DNA of 64,000 nt from the human T2T-CHM13v2.0 reference genome, Homo sapiens. Below the pieces are notes generated by a model. That model did not search any database and had not been told where the DNA came from. It saw nothing but the letters and a program-made list of their open reading frames with translations. How positions within the stretch are numbered: the stretch's first letter is position 1; each line of letters opens with the position of its first letter. Shown here one piece after another: positions 1 through 64,000 of the stretch. The DNA is taken from the NCBI RefSeq assembly GCF_009914755.1, contig NC_060944.1. One strand, 5' to 3'. A program made the translations under genes and the position numbers.

Positions 1-467
1 TTCCCCTGGCCTGATGAAGGCTCCAGTCTTTGAGCCCCTAGGAGGAAACACCCCTGCTGACCAGCTGGGTCCCCACAAGGGTCGGCAGGTGGAAGAGTAG
101 GTTGAAGTGATAGGGCCCCCACAAAGCCCTTCAGGAAGATCTCCAAGGTAGATAAGCAGCATCCAGATGTGCTCCAACCTTGCACCCAACTCCTTCAGGT
201 CTGTTAGCAGCTGGTTGGTTGTGCAAGCCTGAAGCGGGAGGGGTTTGGGATTGGAAGTTGGGTCCCTTCATGTCTATAATTGTGCTCTTAGGTCTCTCCT
301 CTTGGGTTTTTTCTTAATCTAACATTCATACAAATACACTTGGGATCTTGTTAAATTCTTTTCTGTAGGTGTGAAGTGGAGCCTAAGATCCAGTCTGTTT
401 ATTTATTTTGGTTTCTAAATAGTTTCCAAGTGATGTCATTGCTGCGGTCTGCTTAAGAACAAAATTT

Positions 468-598
468 AGAGCAATGTTCTTAGAATGTGGTCCTTCCAGC
501 AGCAGCAGCATCACCCGGAACTTGTTAGGCAAATTCTTGACCCCAAACTGCCCTCCAGGTTCTGAAGGTCTCCCACGGTTGAAAATCACTAGGTTAGC
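468..598. mobile_element. MER5A-like hAT DNA transposon relic
   Basis: GTGGTCC...CAGCAGCATCACC.GGAACTTGTTAG...TTGAAAATCACT signature. Confidence 0.65.
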
Positions 599-660
599 GG
601 ATACTGGAGAAAACCAGAGCTCAGAACCTGGCACTAAATTAGTCAATATATGCTGGCCAG

Positions 661-958
661 GGCCGGGTGTGGTGGCTCACTCCCTGTAATCCTAGCACTC
701 TGGGAGGCGGAGGCAGGAGGATTGATTGCTTGAACTTAAGAATTCAAGACCAGTCTGGGCAACACAGTGAGACCCCCATCTCAAATAATAAATTTTAAAA
801 GAAAAATAAATAAATCTTGGCCGGGCCTGGTGGTTCACATCAGCAATCTCAACATCTTGGGAGGCCAAGGTGGGAGGATCACTTGGGGCCAGAAATTCAA
901 GGTTATAGTAAGCTTATCACTCCAGCCTAGGCAGCAGAGTAAGACCTTATCTCTAAAA
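661..958 (+). mobile_element. Two partial Alus (monomer or deleted copies)
   Basis: GGCCGGG starts at 661 and 819, each with an A-rich end. Confidence 0.85.
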
Positions 959-978
959 GAAATGTTTCGAATACTAAC

Positions 979-1378
979 TGTGGTGGATGTGTTTTCATCT
1001 GCCATGTGGTCCTTGGTCACGGTGTTTGGTACCTTAGATGGCCACATGGCCTGCCTTGGGCCAGTCACAGGTCTAAACTGTAGTTCAGATTCAACTGGTG
1101 TTGTCTGGAATTAATCACTGGGAGAGAGTAAAGTTATTTTACTAATGGGGTTGCTAAAAGAGAAGGGAGTCAGTCTCAGCTGCTGGGGGAGCCCGCTGCA
1201 GACGGAAGAAAGCCAAGTAGAGACAAACAGCTGGGAGTCGGAGAGATGACATTAACTGAGACTCTGGCCTCCAGTTCATGCTTTGCCATCCCAGTTCGAT
1301 AAACTAACAAATCCCTTTTTGGTTTAAGTCCGTTTGATTTAGATTTCTGGCACTTGCAACAGAAAGAAGCCTGGTCAG
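979..1378 (+). mobile_element. Old MaLR (MLT1-type) LTR
   Basis: TGTGGT start; end resembles the MLT1 3' terminus (aaatccc...tttaag...tttctggcacttgcaac.gaaag). Confidence 0.6.
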
Positions 1379-1417
1379 GAAGTATTTGAATTTCTGGTTA
1401 TTATGATTCCCATTTTA

Positions 1418-4453
<3,036 letters not shown>

Positions 4454-5720
4454 CTATGTGCCAGGCACTGCTGTAAGCACTTTGCACACACTAACTTCTT
4501 CTCACAACCCCGTGTTTACTATCACTATCCCCATTTTACAGATGAGGAAACTGTGGCACAGAGTGGTTTAGCTTGTCACAGGCAGTGAGCACTCACACAC
4601 AGGCATTCTGTCTCTAAAGCTAAACTACCCCTACACTTAATTAGCTGCCATCTGATACCTGTTGTATACGAATTGCTATGGCAGCAAATAGCCAGTGAGG
4701 GCAAGGTTCAAGGGAGGAGATGGTAGTTGAGCTGGGTCTTGTAGGTTGAAGAATCTGCCAGCTTATAAGAAGGACAAGGGCATTCCAGGGAGGGCAAACA
4801 GCATGTGCAAAGTACCAAGGGCTTGAAAATGCACCCCAGGTCCATATCAGGAATACATTGCCCAGTGTGGCTGCAGCCCTGTGAGGACTATGGGAAGAAA
4901 GAGAGGGAGGGAGGGAGGGAGGGAAGGAATTTGGATCTCATTGTAGAAGCAGTGAGGAGCCTTGAACTACTTTCAACAGGGCAGTGGCCAAGTCAGATAT
5001 TTTAGCTCGCTGCTGCTGATGGCCCTCTGTAGAGCGCACTGGCAGAGACCAGGTGGAGGCAGGGATCTGGGGTCAAATGATGAGATCAGAATCTCCTTAG
5101 TGGGTGCCTCCACCCTCCCCTACAACCACCAGTACAATTTGAGGAGTAAGCACTTGGAAGAACAGAAGAAGTAAAAGGTCGAGCAGAAACAATGCTGCCT
5201 GGCATGGATGGGCACCTACTTCCCCTCTCCCCAGCTAGGGAGCCTGCAGAAGGTGGCAGCTACGACAACATCTAAGACGCAAACGTTCCAGAAAAGGATG
5301 GTGGGGAAGTGAGGGAGCTTCCCGGCTCCCCAGGGTTCTAGCCTCTCCCACCCCCTCACCCTACCTGCCGTCTCAGGACCCCTCCGCAGTCCGCCGGCTC
5401 ACCCTGACTCAACTCCAAGCCCCTGCAGCCTCCTGGAGCCACCACTGCCTGTCCGCCAAGCTGTGCACGCCCAGCGCCAGCTGTCAGGAGCCGGCTGCAA
5501 ACCTGCAGAGCGAGTCAGCGCCATCGAGCACTCGCAGCCGCCGCCTCGGGCTCCAGGGCCCAGCTCCCTTCCACATCCCGCCGCTCAGACAGCCTCTCCC
5601 GGGGATCCCCAAGGGTGCTCCGGGTGGTGCCAGCCGGGATGGCGCCCTGGACCACAGCCCTTGCGACCTGCTGTCCTCGGCTCTCCCCTCATTCAGGCCA
5701 CGAGTTTTGGAACATTTGCT

Positions 5721-5726
5721 TTTATT
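5721..5726 (-). terminator. TNNC2: TNNC2 polyadenylation signal AATAAA
   Basis: tttatt on + strand about 115 nt past the stop codon. Confidence 0.9.
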
Positions 5727-5838
5727 CCTTCCAGACAAAGACCCACAAGGGGCCGCGCCTCCCTGGTGGGGACCCGGCAGGGCGGAGTCTCCCACACCCT
5801 AGGGACACGCGATCTTGGTAGAGGCGACTGTCCACTCC

Positions 5839-9740
<3,902 letters not shown>

Positions 9741-9799
9741 GGTTGCTGGTGACCGGGACTCCTCTGTTGCAGGTCGCCTCCTTTGCACTCCACCACCCA

Positions 9800-9900
9800 A
9801 AGATGACCTGGCCTGCTCTAGCCCCCGGGATTTGTAGGGGCACCCTCCCCTCCCACCTCCCTGCTCCCCAGCACTGGAGACCCTGCCCAATCAGATCCTG
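9800..9900 (-). promoter_or_regulatory. TNNC2: TNNC2 core promoter
   Basis: TATA-like TACAAAT at 9830-9836 (minus), CACCC/CCTCCC boxes at 9841-9862, CCAAT at 9887-9891. Confidence 0.7.
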
Positions 9901-10544
9901 GGGTCAGCGAGCCCCACCCCTCCCACAGTCTGAACCCATTACCTAATTTAGCCAAGGGCCCTTGCAGAGAAATTTAAGCCTCCAAGCAGGTGGCAGGCCT
10001 TGACGTCCTAGATTCTTGTGAGGAAGGCCTGCCCTGTTCCACTGCCTTGGAGTCCCCCCGACCGAGGAAGCACACTGGCTCCAAGATGGTAAGGATGATC
10101 AGAGTAGTAAAGGGTGAGGCAGCATGGTAAAATGGGGAGAGTACAAGCCTTGAAGTCCAAAACCCAAGATCCAAGGCCAGCCTCTGCGAGTTGTGTGACC
10201 TTGGGCCGGTAGCAGTGCCTCTCTGAGCCATTTCTTCATCTGTGGGATTGGACCTGTCTGTGGGGTCTCCCTCACAGAGAGACCATGGTAAATGGGAACC
10301 CGGGTATAAGTCACCTAGCTTGTGCTGGGTACACAGCGTTGGTGCTTGGCAAGAGGAATGTCCCGTCTTTGAACCATGGTAAGGGGCAGGGGATAGGAGG
10401 AGAAAGTGACAGGTAGGCCACTGTTTACTGAACCCCATGACGTGCCACACACTGTGCTAAGCATTTTAACATGATCTCATCTAGTGCTCCTCCTATGAGG
10501 TAGCAACTATTATCCCCACTTGACTGCAGAGCTTTGTAAATTAT

Positions 10545-10836
<292 letters not shown>

Positions 10837-11074
10837 TGATGATTCTTATTATTAATCCTGACTGGAGGGAAGTTGGGACAGACAGTCCTTGGGGCACCTG
10901 TCCAGATGGAAAAATGTATGGAGGGATGGAGGAGAGGAGGATGTGCATTTGGAGGAGAAATAATCATTGAAAGCAAAGATCCTTCTCTGAAAGTTACCTT
11001 CTCCAGGGAAAGGGTGTTTGGATTCACTTTTTTTGAAGTAAGGAGTAGGCAGGGGAAGGTTCTTTAAGTGGTAA

Positions 11075-11400
11075 AAGGACAGCTGGCCCCTTCCTAGAGC
11101 TCAGTGAAGAAATCTGGTCATCTGGGGAGTAAAGGGGTGGGCAGACCAAGTCCAGAGGGAGCCCAACCTGAGAATCCACAAGGTGCAGGCTGGGCACTGG
11201 GGAGCAGGCAAGGCTTGTAGACAGTGGCTACGTGGACAGAAAGAGCACCAAGACAACCGATAGCAGGCTCTGGGGCCAGGAAAGGGGGGCTGGACACCAA
11301 GGAATGCAGATGGACAGTGGCAACTGGGCTGCCCCCTTCCCCTATATATAGACATTCCCAAGGAAAGCTCAGCAGGGCTGGGCCAAGCTAAATAAGGCCT
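11075..11400. promoter_or_regulatory. TNNC2 upstream muscle element, about 1.5 kb upstream
   Basis: MEF2 CTATATATAG at 11342-11351; CArG-like CTAAATAAGG at 11388-11397; E-boxes at 11080, 11307 and 11321; unique island between Alus. Confidence 0.65.
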
Positions 11401-11474
11401 CCCCCAGGCAGGCAGGGTGCCAAAGGGTGAGGGAGACCCATGGGATTCCAATTTAGTTTTTATTGTTTTTTGGT

Positions 11475-15639
<4,165 letters not shown>

Positions 15640-15640
<1 letters not shown>

Positions 15641-15706
15641 AGAGAAAGAAAGAAAGAAAGAGAGAGAGAGAAAGAAAGAAAGAGAGAGAGAGAAAGAAAC
15701 AAAGAA
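15640..15706 (+). repeat. (GAAA)n/(GA)n compound microsatellite derived from an Alu tail
   Basis: Seen directly. Confidence 0.9.
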
Positions 15707-16413
15707 ACCTCTGGCAAGCTGTGTGGTTAAGCCAAGTAACTCACCCTCTCTGGTCCTCAGTTTCCCTGTTTGCCTACTTCCCATGTGTGAGGTTCAAATC
15801 AGATTGTGCAAGCCTGTGAACACTGTAGAAACAATAATCATTATGTAAGTGATCATTTCGTCAGCCTTTGCTCTATGCCAGGCACGGGACGAGCGTTCTT
15901 ACAAGAGCTGCAAAATTAGTTTTAGCAGTATTGTTCCTGTTTTACATATGAGAAAACCTAGGCTCAGCGAGGTCAGATTCCAACCAACCCAAATCACGCA
16001 TCTTCTCCTGGCCCTTCGTTTTCTCTCGGGAGACATGGCCTCCCTACTATTGCATAATTACTTTGTGAAGTTAAAGAGCGTTGGGTGGAAATGAGTGGGA
16101 CAGATTGGAGATGACGTGGGTGGGGTGGGAGGATTCAAGGAGGGTACGCGCCTGGCCGGACTGGGATGACTCTGCGGCAGGCCTGGGACTCCCTCAGGCC
16201 GACCCAGGCTTCCCAAGTCCCTCCTGGAGCCAAGGGCCCGGGATTCTCGGGCGGCTCGGGCGAGCGGGCGGGGCAGGAGGCGGGGCGGCGGCAGGAAGCT
16301 GCCCGAGCGGCGCTCTGAGCGGCCTGAGCCCGGCGGAGCCCTGCAGAACCCGGCCGACCTCCATGGGCTGCGGGGGGCTGCACCCGGACCCCTGGGGCGC
16401 GGCGCGCCCCTGA

Positions 16414-23814
<7,401 letters not shown>

Positions 23815-24205
23815 CCCTTGCCTAGATTTAAGGCCACTGTGAGGAGAGGGGTTGCCCCAGAAGGCAGGGGAAGGACCTGATGAGAACAGAATAGCTGGGA
23901 GGCTGCAGAGGGTGCTGGGAGCCCCTAGAAGTTCCAAAAGAGAATGTGAAGCAGATCAAGGAAACTTCTGTTGAGCTAGGCTCAGGGTGAGCTTTGGCTG
24001 GGGTTGCCCTTGTGTAGTACAGGGAAGTCTGACACAGCCTCTCCAGCCTATAAACAGCCGGGGGGCTGTGGCACAGGTTGGGGCAATGTTCCCTTGTTGG
24101 TGGGCCCCCAAGCTGGCAAGGCCTCTTGGCTGAAGGCCAGGGACTCTGCCCCTGGAGTCCTGGAGTTAAGGGATGAAGGCAAGGCTGCAGGTCTGGCCCA
24201 GGGGA

Positions 24206-24211
24206 ATTAAA
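24206..24211 (+). terminator. SNX21: SNX21 candidate proximal poly(A) signal ATTAAA
   Basis: About 390 nt after the stop. More distal candidates: AATAAA 24943-24948 and AATACA 25756-25761. Confidence 0.55.
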
Positions 24212-24239
24212 AGCCAGCCACTCCAGTGGTATCAGTCTC

Positions 24240-24245
24240 TTTATT
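24240..24245 (-). terminator. ACOT8: ACOT8 polyadenylation signal AATAAA
   Basis: tttatt on + strand about 95 nt past the stop codon. Confidence 0.9.
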
Positions 24246-24338
24246 GGATGTGAGGGCCAAAAGGGACTGTAACTCCTGTCTCAGGAATGGGGATAGATGG
24301 GAGGTTCTTGAAGCCCCAGGCGAAGCTGGTACCTCTGG

Positions 24339-61141
<36,803 letters not shown>

Positions 61142-61587
61142 AGCACTTTAGCTGAAGCATTGGACCACAAACACTTCTCCTTGGAAGTGTGAGAGTTTAA
61201 AGTGGGCAGGACATACTAGGGTTTAGCATTTTAGCCAATGTCTTCCTAGGTGGGGCTAGGAATATTGTTACAGTAGAGAGGAAGGGAACTCCACTGTGTG
61301 ACAGTCCTTTCAATCTGCCCCTTTTCAGCCCTACTTTTGGCATTCCTTGGGAGCCTCAGTTGTTGTTCAAGGCCAAAGTTATCTCCGTGCTGCAAGGTCA
61401 CCCTCTTCCTCCCCCAGCCCCTGAGATCAGATCTTATTTGCTCTGCAAAGATGAATCCCTGCCTCAGGTTAGGGTGAGACAAAATCGGTCTGGTAAAAGG
61501 GCCTGTTTTCAGGGACAAAGGGAATGAGGATGATCTTTGGCTGTTGCTGCTCTTTATGAAGAATCTTATTTGTAACTTTTTATTCAT

Positions 61588-61614
61588 ATTAAAGTTGTTT
61601 TTAATAAAATTAAA
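61588..61614 (+). terminator. ZSWIM3: ZSWIM3 poly(A) signal cluster
   Basis: ATTAAA at 61588, AATAAA at 61603-61608, ATTAAA at 61609. Confidence 0.88.
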
Positions 61615-61734
61615 CAAGGGAAATGTGTTCTGCTTGATCAGGGAAGGAAGAGGAATTGCATAGCAATAGGACTCGACTTTACAGTTAGGAAGTGGCTGCT
61701 CTAGGTGGATTTATTAATTTTAAAGAAAATTGAG

Positions 61735-63395
<1,661 letters not shown>

Positions 63396-63569
63396 AAAAA
63401 AAATATATATAACTGCTATTTATTTTCCTTTTCATTTTCTGCTTTTGAGGGAGTTTCCATAGTAACGTGTCCTTCCAGTCGCCTAGCCTGAAGGGAAGCC
63501 CCGGAGCTCCAGCTTCAAGGCTCAGCTCTCCCAGATGCAAGTATCTTTACCTCCAGCCAGCTCCTTGTA

Positions 63570-63766
63570 ACCCTGGCAACACGGCCCGCCCACGAATCGT
63601 CACGCTACGATTGGTCCGTGGCGCTAAAGCCTGAAAGCGAATTCCTCAGACATTGGTCCGAGTCACTGCGATGCTGACGCTGTGGTTGGTGAGTTTGGAT
63701 GTCAGTCAGAGTCGGAGGCAGGGTCAAATAGGGAGAAATGGCGACGGAGCCTGGCTGTGGGTGAGT
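63570..63766 (+). promoter_or_regulatory. ZSWIM1: CpG promoter and short first exon of the next gene, most likely ZSWIM1
   Basis: GC box near 63585; two ATTGGTCCG (inverted CCAAT) at 63610 and 63652; YY1-like AAATGGCG at 63736; donor TGG|GTGAGT at 63761. The gene name comes from known synteny, not from coding sequence in the window. Confidence 0.7.
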
Positions 63767-64000
63767 GCTTCCTGAAGGGGTGAAAGTGTGAGACAGCGGA
63801 TCACCGCAGTTAGCCGTCACACAGCTCCCAAAGGGATGGGAGGGAGGTTTTCTTCTCATCCGGCTCCAGCTGGACTCTGGGAATGTCAGACATCCACATC
63901 TCCCACCCAGGTTAGAGGTGAGAGGTCAAAGGCCGTATTCCCTCTGTTGGTTTTTGGACCCCAGGTACTGTGGACAGCAGTCAGGATCCCGAACCAAAGA

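Overview
Human (primate) euchromatic, very Alu-dense genomic DNA. Gene content and order identify chr20q13.12: TNNC2 (-), SNX21 (+), ACOT8 (-), ZSWIM3 (+), and the probable promoter and first exon of ZSWIM1 at the right edge. All four complete CDSs were rebuilt exon by exon with consistent phases: TNNC2 160 aa, SNX21 373 aa, ACOT8 319 aa ending in SKL, ZSWIM3 696 aa. Most long ORFs in the supplied track are Alu or antisense artefacts. Main observations: (1) ZSWIM3 has the full architecture of a domesticated Mutator/FAR1-type transposase with a degenerate DDE. (2) ACOT8 and SNX21 each have an in-frame uORF whose stop codon directly abuts the main ATG. (3) SNX21 has a GC-AG intron and an 11-nt frameshifting microexon, and its 3' end interdigitates with ACOT8. 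(4) A DR1 nuclear-receptor element sits in the ACOT8/ZSWIM3 bidirectional promoter. (5) Several rearrangement scars are readable: an Alu-Alu tandem duplication with a chimeric Alu, a templated-insertion scar, mosaic inverted Alus, a tRNA-Glu 5' fragment, and a tailed hairpin retrocopy. Repeat subfamily names and boundaries are by eye and approximate. I see no clear wholly new multi-gene system.
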